A stretch of 64,000 bases of DNA, taken from Vicugna vicugna. Taxonomy: Eukaryota. Position numbers and translations under genes: made by a program. Below, in pieces: positions 40,500-53,099 of this stretch. The notes beneath the pieces are model-generated. The model ran no database searches. It was not told the DNA's origin and saw only the letters and a list, made by a program, of their open reading frames with translations. Within the stretch, counting starts at the first letter, position 1. Every line of letters starts with the position of its first letter. The DNA lies in NCBI GenBank assembly GCA_013265495.1, contig MU058718.1:1054001-1118000 (forward strand), read 5' to 3'.

Positions 40500-40816
40500 T
40501 CTATCTAATGTCTGTTGCCACAGTCACATATTCTCTGTAAATGAGCCTACCCACCCACAACTGGGTCACAGAGCTGCTTTGGCATTACCTAACCCTGACT
40601 GGCCATGGTTGATGGACTGGAGATGGAGATCTGACCTTATCTGGGCCAGTTGAATTATCTGTCCTGATGATTAGAATTGGGTTGTGTTCATCCTACCTTC
40701 TCTCTCAGGACCAGAGGTTTGTATGATCAGGAGCTGTTGGGGCAACCAAGTGCATGGAGAAGCTGGGAAACAAATGTAGAGAGAGGAGGATGAGTCCAAT
40801 GGGCAGGGAAAAGCAG

Positions 40817-40855
<39 letters not shown>

Positions 40856-41025
40856 GGATGGGGGTGGCAGGGGTCAGGGTGGGGTGGAGAATAGCCGTTT
40901 CCCACTCTCTCTTTTGAGGACCTTCTGTCTTCAGGTTCACTGAAATACTTCAGATCCTTTATAATAAATTATTTTTTTCTTGAGAAAAAATGTAGATATC
41001 TATTACTTATAATTAAAAGATCCTT
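40500..41025 (+). mobile_element. Old MaLR (MLT1J/K-like) LTR interrupted by a microsatellite
   Basis: CCTGACTGGCCATGG...TCTGACCTTATCTGGGCCAGT...CTTTATAATAAATT. Confidence 0.45.
40819..40854. repeat. (GT)18 microsatellite
   Basis: Perfect 36-bp GT run. Confidence 0.97.
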
Positions 41026-41361
41026 GACAGGAAGAAACCCCAAGATTTTGGAAGAAATGAACAGCTTCCAGGGAGGAATTGGATTATTACTGAGTTCTCC
41101 TAACCTGTTTCCTTCCATTCAGCACCTTACCCCACCTCCACTCAACTTACTAATTTGTCCTACTTCTGTGCCTATGCTTATGCTATTCTTTCCCCTACTG
41201 TGCAATCCCCTGTCCTTTCAGCCTATCTAAACCCTATCTCTCCTTTAAGAATGCAGTTATTCCTCTTATCTGAAGTTTTCCTTGTCCACTCGGTTAACAC
41301 TTGTTGAATAAGAATAGCTAGCTAATCTGATTAAAAGAATAAGAGAATGGTTCCATAAGTG

Positions 41362-41381
41362 AATATATATATATATATATA
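41362..41381. repeat. (AT)n microsatellite
   Basis: ATATATATATATATATATA run. Confidence 0.9.
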
Positions 41382-44300
41382 GGTAAGAAGGAGAAATGGG
41401 GACTCGGTGGCAATGAGAGGACTGTTCTACAAATTGTGCTGAAGCTATTATTCTCCATCTCCACTCAAGTCGATGAGCAGGACTCACATCAGGAACAACT
41501 TGGGGCCATAGAAAGAATTTCTCAACCTTTGCAAGATTCACTTCTAGAGCAGTCTTTCAAGAGATTGTGGATTTCCTTTTAGAGAGGTAAAATAGCAGAC
41601 AGCTTTCTTGGACCCTTCTAAAGAAGTGACTTCTTAGGGCCCTTTCTAGCTTTTGGAGTCTCTTCATTAGCCCTTGATTCATGGAAGATGCTTAATAAAT
41701 ATTTGTTGAGTAAGGAAGGGAATGAATGAATGAATACAGATTTCATCCCTGAAGTTCAACCAGTAGACAAGCTGGTAATTAATTTTGAAGAAATGCTTCA
41801 TCTAGTAGTTAGAAGAGAAACCAAACATAATCTGACAGATGCAAAAATGCGCAAAATTCTTTATTTCCAGAGTTAGGCAACTAAAGCGGTTTTAGAGTTG
41901 ATATAGGGACAGGCAGGCCTGATGCTTAAATGTGTGAGCCACTGAAAACAGCCACCACATTCCTGAATTGTTGTGCTCCTTGGCTAGGGAACCAGCATTC
42001 CAAAATCCCAGAACATATCCCCACTATCAGCTAGGGAGCCAGAATCTCTGCTATGCATGGCGGTATCATGTCCTACTGAACATTTGAAATGGGGAATGAC
42101 TACCTATATATCTTTCTAGCTCATTTGGGGCCACTAACACAGTGCAGAGAGCAGGCCCATCAGGGGATTAGCAAGAATCCAGTCCTGTTGCCAGATATCT
42201 TAAGACAGTATAACAGAAGGAAATGGTAGCTCACTAATGTTCATCAGCTTAGAGATGCTTTATCTATAGAAAGTGAGAGGAAAATGCCAACAACAACAAA
42301 ACCCCCTCTGGAGTGTGAAGTGGTGCAGACCCCAGAGTTGAGGGAAGAATGTTAGTTCAGAACCCCAGGCTCCTCAGATCCCTCCCATCCTCCATGGTCA
42401 ATAGAGGACCAGCATTGCCGGATATGGTGTTCAAGTCACCAGCTGGGAGCAGGTTGCCAAAGAGCATGGGGGTCCACCCACCCTGCTTCCATTTTTATGG
42501 GACTGAGACTGAGACCCATGCTTTAATTGAGTTTTCAATGGCTGAACATCCTGTAGTGAGATAAGCAACAGATTCAGACAGGGCAGCAGACTAAGTTGAT
42601 TTTCATGAAAGAAAGGATTTTTTTTCCATCTAAATTGGTGTTTACACTTGGTTGTTTGAACTAAGTTAAATCCTGGCAAAGCAAATGGGATACATAGTTG
42701 AATGATTTATATGTGACTTGGGAAAGGAAATGATTGCAAAGCTATTTCTAATCTGTAGTTACAAAATAAACTTTATTCCTTTTATTCCTCTCATTCAAAG
42801 ATACTCTGGTCTGAGCAATGATGCCAACTTTCAGTGGCGATAGAGAGGATGATTAAAAGCTTTCCCTTTAGAACTCTCTGCAGACCCAGCTCAGACCCTG
42901 CAGGTCTTCCCAGCCTCTCTGTGTATGAACTCACTCTCCAGCCTCCTTCCATTTGCACTGTGGTCTTAACTGTTGTCATAGTAGGACTTTTTTGTTCTGC
43001 TTCCTATTTGAACAAAATCTGAATTTCTATCAGTGCCAGTGCGAAACTTTGGCTTTAATAGTATATAGAAACATGATTTTTATGCTTCTCTGCTTAGTTT
43101 TATTTAATTTTGTCAACTGAAGTACATTTGAAGTACAGTCTGGCTTTAGTTAGGTCAAGTGCATCAAATTAATCAAATAACCAAAGAGGAGTTCGATGCC
43201 CAGACACAGCAGGAATGGTCCTGACAATCATGAAAAGGAAAAACCCATTCAGAGGGATGATTTATCAGGAGAACATAATGGGGAGTGTAGAGAGGTGGGG
43301 GGTAAGGGAGGATTGAATTTCAAAAATGATGTCATTTATACTACAAGAAAATGTGAATGATAGTTTTTTGTTTGTTTGTTTTTTGGTTTTGTTTTGTTTT
43401 TCTTTTTTTTGTTTGAAGAATGAGGACTTCTTCATCTCTCCAGTGTCATAAAAATCTCATATATAAACTATAAATAATATCCTCAGTATGAAGAACCAAA
43501 ATTGAGACTATCTAAGCATGAGAGTTGTAGATGACCTTCAGAGTCACCTGATTGGTGGTTTTCTGTTTCTTTAAAAAGGAAGCTATTTTGTGGTTATTTT
43601 CATGGAGGCAAAATAGAAAAAAAAAATTCTTTTTGCTAACAACCTGCAGAATTCCAAGTCTTTTGAAGGAAGAGAGAATGTCTATTTTGTTTGGAATTAT
43701 ATCATCAAGGCCCAGTATAATGCCTGGGCCATAGCATATCCTTAATATATATTTATTAAAAAATAATGTCTGAATCAATAAGCTTCATAAAGCTGGAAGT
43801 ACTTCCAGATTGAAGACATCACAACAGAATTTTTATTGCTAGTTTCTAATAGATATTTGGTAGATTCATTCCTATGCCGTGAATATATGTGATATTCACA
43901 TTTGTTTCAGTATATATTCTTGAGAATTCATTGTACAAATACCAGGAAAACCTAACCAACAGCTACTTTTGTCATTTCAAAAGATTCTCTTTGTTGCAAA
44001 ATGTGTGTAGTAATATTTCTTTGAACTAAGAATTAATCTGCTTCTATCTATGATAATTTTAAGGATCAGTCTGTAAAATCTGGTTACATGAAATAAAGAG
44101 AATTTGGATACTGATCAAAAAATAAATAGTAAAAAGACCACTAGAATTTACCTCCAGACTTATAATAACCTTCATGGAGTCTCTGTTGAGACCAAATTTG
44201 AGAAAAAGAAATCTTTTTATTTCTAATAGATCAGAGCTCCATTGTGCAAAGTGCAGACATTGTCTTTCTAGCAAGGTTTTATAACTAGATCTTGCTTTTG

Positions 44301-45346
44301 AATAATTCATTGAAAATCTTTCTGAATAGTAGATATAACATAGATTTACTGAATAAATGAAAGAATAAATGAATATAGAACACTTTCAAATCGTAGAATG
44401 ACTGATTGACTTCTCAATGCTATCAGAAGTTAAGGAGTTTTTAAACCAAATGGTATATTTAATATAAGTAGCAAAGAAAAAAATCCTGCTTCTTTCAAGT
44501 TTCATTAACTTCTCAAGTTGAGACTAGTCACTTCTGTTAATTATCTGTAGCAGTAAATACCAAAAAGTAATAATGTTATGCACCAAAGACAACCTGGATA
44601 TGGTTAGCAAAGTAATTCCTAAAAGAAAAGTTGAGTGAAAAATTAAAGTGCCACACTAAGCCTCAAATGAAATCCATAAGCTTTGGCCAATACTTTTGCT
44701 CATTTTTACTCATAACTCTTATTATTAATGTCATTGCAATTATAGGTATGGGCCCACTTGCTGAGCGCAGGGGTTTGTAAAAGGGGCTGACCTTCAGGAG
44801 TGCAACGTGCTAATAAGAGAACATCTCACAGTTCTCTGAATATAATGCTGTAATGCAAAAATATTATATAAGGGACATATTTTTCTTTCAAAAGAAAGGC
44901 GAATGAGCTCAAAACCATACTCAGGTACACAGAAGAACAATGCTGCATGCTGATGGTGCCATGCCAGTTCTTAACAGTACCACCAGGATTGCCTAATATC
45001 CCAGTTCAGGTTTAAATTCACGTTTAGGTGGAAGAAGTATTCAGCAATGATTAGCGATCAGACAAAATAGGCATGAACCATCCTTCTGTTTGCACATTTC
45101 TGGAAGAGATGTAGTCACATGCACTGTAGGCAACAGAAAGTGAATGTAGTACTCTTAAGCTGTCAAATCAGGCTTTTATAATTCATTTCCATCACTGACA
45201 ATTACTGAGATATTTACTTGGAAATATTGTCCTTTGAAATAGGTTTCTTCTCAGCAAAGATCAGAAATCGGTAATGCTAGATTTTTTTTTTTTAATGAGG
45301 TGGTTTGGTGATGTGGAGTATTGCTTTCTTAATGCTTTACATTTTT

Positions 45347-45940
45347 TGTATATATATTTTTATTGAAGTATAGTCAGTTTACAATGTTGTATTAATTTCT
45401 AGTGTACAGCATAATGCTTCAGTCATACATGAACATACATATATTTGTTTTCATATTCTTTTTCACTATAAGTAACTACAAGATACTGAATGTAGTTCCC
45501 TGTACTATACAGTATAAATTTGTTGTTTATCTGTTTTATATATATTAATATCTGTAAATCTCAAGCTCCTAATTCATCCCTTCCCACCCCCTTCTTATCC
45601 CGCTGGTAACCGTAAGTTTGTTTTCTATCTGTGAATCTGTTTCTGTTTTGTAAATAAGTTCATTTGTCTTTTTATTTAGAATTTAGGTATCACATATAAG
45701 TGATATCATATGGTATTTTTCTTTGTCTTTCTGGCTTACTTCACTTAGAATGACAATCTCCAGGTCCATCCATGTTGCTGTAAATGGCATTATTTTATTA
45801 TTGTTTATGGCTCGGTAGTATTCCATTCCATTACATTGTATAAATATACCACAGCTTCTTTATCCAGTCATCTGTCAATGGACATTTAGGTTGTTTCTAC
45901 ATCTTGGCTATTATAAATAGTGCTGTTTTGAAGATTGGGG
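45347..45940 (-). mobile_element. Young 5'-truncated L1 (mostly 3'UTR) with 17-bp TSD
   Basis: Same 3'UTR family as 6852-8400; TSD TAATGCTTTACATTTTT (45330-45346) / TAATGCTTTACAGTTTT (45941-45957) ending at a TTTT/AA endonuclease site. Confidence 0.93.
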
Positions 45941-47469
45941 TAATGCTTTACAGTTTTAAACACCTTTTTCTACCTGTGATTCCAAGTTGGACTGATATTA
46001 AGAAAGGGGTTTTATATATAGGGCTCCTGATTTCCTGTGATTACGTAACCACAGAAATAGCCACAAAAGTCTGCTCTGCAAGGCTAGAACTCATAGTCAT
46101 GGCTTTTTCTCACGAAGCCACTTACTCCTCAAATAGGGGTAGCTAGTGTTTATTTAGTAATGGCAGTCAAACTGTAAAGTGACACACATTCTCACAAAGC
46201 ATGGGATTTGGTGCGTAGAATTCATTATTTTTCACACCAATGGGATTTGTATGAAGCCCTTACCCTGCCCTCTCCTGCCTCCCCAGCATTACCTCTGCTA
46301 GACCAGCTCTGAACACATTCATTAGTCTGAGATTGATAATCAGAACTCAAAGCTAATTTCCTTTGAGCACATAGGCATGGCAAGAATGACTTTTCCAAGC
46401 AATAGCTTACAAAAACAAATCCTTATAATATTTAAGATGTTTCTGTTTTTCATAATTTATTTGTTTTTCCTATCACCCTAGTCCAGACTTGCTAATCCCC
46501 AGCATCTCTACTTTCCTGTAACAGACAATTCTACATTTCCAGAAAAGTAAGGGTCTGTGGATCTGAAGCCCAGGGACGTTGTTTGTTCAAGATATTTGGA
46601 GACGCTGCCAAATGAATAACAAAACACAGTTTATGGCCTTCATTTGGCATTGATTTGTGTTACAAAGCTCAGAGAACCATTTCCTCCAGAAGGTTTTGTA
46701 TTTTTAATGAGAGAAAGTATCAACAACAGTTCTTGAAGAACTTTACGGTGTTTAATTTTTTAAAACCAAAGCCCTTCAAAATAAAACAGCTTTAAAATAT
46801 TCTTGTCATTTTAAATTCTTGCTTTTAAATGGAGCCTTCAAAGTGATCTTTTCAAGGAGTATTACTTACCAACAGTCACTGGTGGTATATCCTGGGGAAC
46901 ACAAACCAACTTGAAGCAACAGCCATGTTGTTACATACACACACTTCACAAGAAACTGGTGGTAAGAAACATTACTTACACCACGTACCTTGCAGCTGGG
47001 CCTGAGCCAGAATTCTTCCAGTGATCTTGGAGCCTCAGAATGGATGGGGAGGAGATGAATAATACAGATTTCCAACAAAGATTCCTTTACTCAAGTGTGA
47101 GCAGACCAATAGACTCCTATCCAACAGAGAGGAGGTATAATATTTTGTGAAATCCATTGCAAATGAATTAGAATGAAAAATAAATAAAAAATCAAGTAAG
47201 AATTTTCTCAGATAAGAATAGAAATGCCTGTTATGCTGGAATAGAAAGGGTGAAACAAAGAGGGAAACTAGAGGGGCGTAGAAACCCCCAGAAAGTCACA
47301 TGTCTTCCCAATGTTGACTTCCCTCACTCAGATCCTTCCCTTATTACAAAAAACAAAACAAAACAAAACTAAGGAACAAAACTATTAGGCAGGCCCAGCA
47401 CAAATGTTAGTCACCTTTGAAAGAAAAAGCATTACTGTGGGTGATGTTAGGCCCAGTCTGTCACTAGCT

Positions 47470-47627
47470 TGTCTGCAGGATCCATAAACCAGATTCCTGC
47501 TCACAGACCCAGAGTTTCTCATTCTGTAAGTTGAGGCTCAGGGTAGTGGATCCCAGAGTTAGAAATTCTGACAAATTCCTGGGTGATGTGATGCTGCTCG
47601 TGTGATACCACACTTTGAAAATCACTG
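47470..47627. mobile_element. MER5A-like MITE
   Basis: ACAAATTCCTGGGTGATGTGATGCTGCTCGTGTGATACCACACTTTGAAAATCACTG terminus. Confidence 0.75.
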
Positions 47628-49944
47628 CTCTAGCATAGATCCAAGGAAATAGAAGCACATGAGTTTAAAATATCTTTGTGACAGTTTGGATTTATTCTCA
47701 TGTAGATGTCTGCCCATGAAAACTACAATAGAGGAGGCATTTATCTGGACAATTCATCCTCAAAAACTCCATTAAAATATTTCATTCCATTAAAATATTT
47801 TAATAAAATATTATTAATTTTAATAAGAAAATATTATCAATAATTTTAATAATAATAAAAACATTATTGAAATATTTTAAGTATAATGAGTTTCTTCCCC
47901 ATGGAAGTAGAAGGGGAATATTTCTAAATCACCCTATGATTTGCTTTATTGCCTTTTTTTGTTTTGCGTGGAGATAGCAACTTATTGTTTGCTCTAGGAA
48001 GCATCTCTTGACCTGTTCTCTAATAATGGCTTTAGTCTGGTTTCCTGTTTGTACAAGGTCTGGAAAAAAAACTGTGTTAGGAAATGGAGAGTGTGAATGG
48101 GCATGGAGTTTTCTAGATAAGCTAGTTGCAATATACGTTCTTTTCATATCTCCAGTGTCAGTGGGAAAGATCACAGGCAATCTGATGATGAGTTTGTGGT
48201 GAATTGTTACATCATACATGGATGAACCAAAGAAGTACTTCCCATTTTTCTTCAGGCCAGACTCTAACTAGGGAAACCCTGGAAGAAGTCGTGGAAGAGC
48301 TTCAGAATCTCTAGGGGCGATGTTAGGGCAGTTGGTAAGTATTCTATCCTACAAAACTACACAGTGTCAAGGGATCAAAATAATCTTAGTGTTAACTGAA
48401 ACTAACTCTTCTTTAAGGCCAGTGTAAAATTGTTACCTCCTAATCTGTTTTGCCTGCATTTCCAACCTGTGTTTTGTAATTCCAACCTAAATTTTTCTAT
48501 CTGGACATTGCTTGTGTTTGTCTTAGTTACAGTGCCAATGAGATTATAATCAAGTAACCCTCACTTCTAGAATGTATAATAATTCTTTAAAGACAGTTGC
48601 TCATCTACAAAATAAAAGCACTGTTGAATGCCCTTTTAAACTCACAGCCCAGCATGAGAGTCTGGATCTCCTGTTGCTGGCGAAGGGCAGCTTTTAGTCG
48701 TATCTTAACATCTCCTAAAACAGACTTCCAAAGCAGGTGCTTCAGGCGGAATGTCAAGTGCTCAGTTTAATCATAAGGAGGCCACCTTCATTGTGGGCAA
48801 GGGATGGCTCTGCAGTGATCATTGTGATTCTGATGCTTTTTGAGTCGAATTTCTGACACTTGCAACTAAGAATCCTATTATCACAGAACCCTTTTGGATT
48901 GTAGGAATGGAGGGAAAGCCCAGCATTGCTGAGACTTCTCCAAACAAAAGTAACACTCAATTAGAGTGAAGGCTTTGGACACAACCAGCACTGATCCTTC
49001 TTGTCCTCTACATTTCTAGATGTGTCTAATGAACTTCACCATACCAGGCCTTAGATGTGCCCCACCTCATCCTTGGGCTCTCTCCCTAAGAGTATGATTC
49101 AGTAAGGATTCATTTTTCTCTGTTTTGCTGCTGGGAAAATCAGGTCTTGGGGCCACTTGGGGTTCTACATTAAGTAGCAGAAGTTTCCCTTTGCCTCTGT
49201 GAAGTCTAGATGAGTGTACAATTGAAGGCAACCAAAAGGCACATATGGAAGTAACTCCAAAGGCAGACTCTTGTAAATTTAGAAAGTAAGAGAAACTTAT
49301 TGGCACTTGCTCAGTTTCCTTTTTGGTGCATTCCTCTCTCTCTAAAGTACCTAACACACTTAAGCTGTGATCTGGCTCTCCAGTAGACCTTTGGGCCTAC
49401 TTAGGGTATAAGGGGTGTCGACGGCTCAGCACCCAGCTCTCAGACCATCCTCTGCTTCATACCTTCCTGTCACCTTGGCCTAAGGAGGCAATATGGTCTA
49501 AGCTACCAACAGGTTTGCCTATAGTGGCAAGTAAGCTTGTGCTGAAGAGGACCCCAGTGGAGTGTGTATAAAATTGAAGTGGTCCCAGAGAACCACCCTG
49601 GAAGATACGATCTATGAAGGGAGGGATCTTGACTGTCCAGTTCACTCCACAATCCTTAGCACCTGGCCCAGTGTGTGGCACAAAGTAGGTGCTGCCCAAA
49701 TATTTGTAGACTAACTGAGTGAATTTTATAATAAAATTAAGGTATATGGTCCAGTATCAGTGCCATTTGTCTAGGTACCTGCTTTCATCCCAGTGGGCTA
49801 TGAGTTAGAAAAGAGCAGACCATCTAATGCAGATGACTTTAGTGGCTGGTAAGAATTGAAGGGCCTCAGACCATACCAGGAGGAACTCAGGAGGCAGCCA
49901 TTGGTTAAGAAGGAAGTGACCTAGGGCATAAAGAAAGGAACACA

Positions 49945-50120
49945 CATATTTATTGAATGCCTGTGTTGTTAGGTGCTTTACACACATTATCACTTTGGCT
50001 TCTTGCAGTAGCTTTCAAAAGTAAGTCTTAGTCTGTGTGATTTACTGATGGGAACATTAAAATCAGACAGGCAAATTTGTAAACTAAGATTTGTACCCAG
50101 ATCTTTTGGCTCCAAAGCTC
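49945..50120. mobile_element. MIR SINE
   Basis: ATATTTATTGAATGCCTGTGTTGTTAGGTGCTTTACACACATTATC...TTTACTGATGGGAACATTAAAATCAGA. Confidence 0.55.
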
Positions 50121-50859
50121 ATCCTGAATAGATAAGTTGGTAATGGAGAAAGGGTTGTGGGGGCTGTTCCCCCAAAGTTTGAATGGAACATGATATGAAT
50201 TTAATATAATACATCCCAAGCACCCAACATGACTCTGTAGAACATTACTCTGAGCTATCCATGGCTCCCTGACTCAGCTTCTCAGTGACTCTTAGTTCAA
50301 AATTCCCAATGAGAATTAATTGACCCTGATTGGAGAGAATATAAAACAATCAGGTACACACATATCTCCATATACTCATCTCCTCCTTAGGGCTGAAAGT
50401 GGAACAAAATCCTTTTAAAAGAGAGTAGTATAAGACAGTGATCATCATTTCCAGGACAAACAGGTGTAGCCAACATTCATCTGTATCCCCCTTTTTTCTT
50501 TTGTTCTTCCATGAATATCCATCCCTATTTCCCTGCCAAGACAAAATGCTTATACTCTTTTTACTTCTTTCCCAAGAACAAGGTACGTTATATATAAGTC
50601 TGTTGTCATTTGAGTCATAGGTGACTGATACATGTTAAATATTATACATATAAACTGTGCTAACATCTGCTGCCAAAGTAAAGACGTGACACCTTGTGGC
50701 AGTTACTGATTAAACAGGACAAACTCTTTCCTCACTCATCTTGCCCTCCACAAAAACAAAGGCCACTAGCTTTTGAATGAGGAGGCCTGAGTTCTGGAGT
50801 CAGCCTTACTTTTACTATGGCTGTGGGGTCAGTGATTGCAAGGAACATGGCAAAGGTAA

Positions 50860-51330
50860 ATGATGTATGGAAGAGCCCCACTCAGATTTCTCTCCAATAG
50901 GGAACATGCTGTGAGGATCATAGTGAGCCCACGCCTCCAGCTGCCACACCTTTGTGATCCACTCTAGTATACCTGCTCACACCAAATCCATGATATTGCC
51001 AGGCTGCTCCCTGCCAATGGCCAGACATGCTGGAGGTATTAGAGCTGGGCTCCTTCTGCCCAACGTTGACTCTTCTCCATCTCTGCTCGGGGGCTTTTTA
51101 CCAGCCTGGCTAAGATATCTCAGAGCTTTATTGTAGTCTGAGGCTTTTCTTACCAAATCCTCCTTCATTCTTTCTTTCCTTTCATAATTCCACCTATTCC
51201 ATGGTCTAAAAGTATCCCCTGCCTACCTCTTCTCACTCTCCCCTATCTTTCATAGGCATTTCTCTCAGTAAATCTCCTGCATGTATAACTCTGCCTTAAC
51301 ATCTGCTTCTTAGAGGATCTGAACTGACTG
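50860..51330 (+). mobile_element. Old ERVL-class LTR (LTR16/LTR33-like)
   Basis: AGGCATTTCTCTCAGTAAATCTCCTGCATGTATAACTCTGCCTTAACATCTGCTTCTTAGAGGATCTGAACTGAC 3' end. Confidence 0.6.
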
Positions 51331-52059
51331 AGGATATTAGAATTCAGGGGAATTTCATGGTTCCCAATTATAGAAAGTAGAGCTGAGATGCCTGGGGAAA
51401 GAAACTTCTTTTCAAACAGCAATATAGATGGTTTCTCAGATTCATTCTAGTCCCTAACCTTGAACTGGCATTAATTAGTACAGGCTAAGTGATCCTAATT
51501 TGTAGAGGTTACGATGACTCCAGTCTGTACAGTAGAGTTTTAGAATTCATGCCTAGTTGAGTAATTATGGGACTAATTACATTTACAAACTAAATAATTG
51601 CATTATATATGAAAGAGTTAATGCAACTTCTAAAGGTGCCTAATGTAAAAGGGAGTGGCTCAGATGTTGCAAGAACAAGACAACTTTAAAAGCTGGGTCT
51701 CCATATCCTTGACTAATAAGTCCGTCCAGTCTCAAATGAATGAAAAGCTCCTTTTGAGTAATTTCTAAGTAGTTTCTTCTGTTGTGAGGGAAAAAAAATC
51801 CTTGAGATGGTTAGCCCAATACAGAACTTTGCAAAGGGAGTCCTCAACAGCTTTGCCATATTTTCTTCCATGATACTTAAAATTTCTTCTATTTTTCACC
51901 TACTCATATTTAAGATAGAGGTAGGAGGAAAGTCAGTGTGCTGTCAAATTACGGGTTTTGTGGGGGATGATCTGGCTTAGTCATTTCATTATGGAACACC
52001 CAACTGTCAGAATTTTATGATTTTTCTTTTGGCTGAATGTCTTAGTCTGTTCATGACAT

Positions 52060-52228
52060 TGTAGGCTTTTTCTGATATACACAGTTCTTTCAGCCTCTAC
52101 CCATTACCCAGTTCCAAAGCTGCTTCACATTTTAAGGGGTTTGTTGTAACAGTATCCTACTTCTTAGTACCAATTTCTGTCTTAGCCTGTTGGGTCTGCT
52201 ATAACAAAAATAGCGTAAACTGGGTTCT
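52060..52228 (-). mobile_element. MaLR LTR-to-internal junction remnant
   Basis: Minus strand reads LTR end ...GCTAAGACA directly into the internal start GAAATTGGTACTAAGAAGTAGGATACTGTTACAAC. Confidence 0.6.
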
Positions 52229-53099
52229 GAGAGTCATGTGGGGAGAGGGTGTCTGTTTGGGTATGTGGAGGTGGGGAGAAACTTTTGCCGTTCAATAGTT
52301 AGACTTTGTAATCCCATTTTCAATATGGCACACCTTCTCTCAACTTTGTCAGGCATTCCAGAATCTGTGCTTTCTGGTTTATTTCCTCTAGGAGAGAAAG
52401 TGGAGAGAAAGTTCTTTGTTCTAGTTTTCTGCTCAGGTAGGGAAGAAACTGCTGCCTGCAGTAAAGAATGGGAGAAAAGGGATCTGTGAGTCTAGTTTCT
52501 CCTTATATTCACTTTCAGTGAATTCTCTTTTCAAGTTCACTGTCCACCTCCAATTTCAGAGACATTGGTATCTCCCATTTCTTCTCAAAGTTTGTTGCAG
52601 GTAAATCCCTTCTCATCCTCTGTATTTATGCCTTCTCTCTCCCCTCACTCCCATTTTATTTTCATGCGGTTTGAGATGGAACAGGAGGTAAACGCATACG
52701 TTCAGTCTTTCCTGTTTAATTGCAAGACCCCTCTGAGGAGCTCTGGAGGGTTTGCTTGGCAGCAGTTATTGCTTTTGGTGGGGAGGGGGAATTATAGAGA
52801 GGATTAGGCTTTTAAACTGTATAAACTATGTTAGGCTTAAGAGATCATATCTAGCTCTGTGATTTGACCCTGAAGAGAATGGAGAACCTATGGAATCTAC
52901 TTCTTATGAGTAGAATTAGCTCCAGACAGCTCACACTTTAAAGAACTTAACTTTTCTTATTGTCACTGAGTTAATTCTTTGAGCTGCCTAAGATGAGACT
53001 ACATGGTCTTATACTGTGGTAAGATGATCAGGAAGCCACCAAAAAATTGGTTTTCTTTGGGCATATAAAAATCTCCTGAAAATTCAGTTAACCTTTAAT

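Noticed and set aside
44900..47050. Scattered minus-strand splice-like signals (acceptor ~45123, donors ~46869 and ~46988)
   Set aside because: I could not pair them into convincing exons, and frames close quickly after the acceptor
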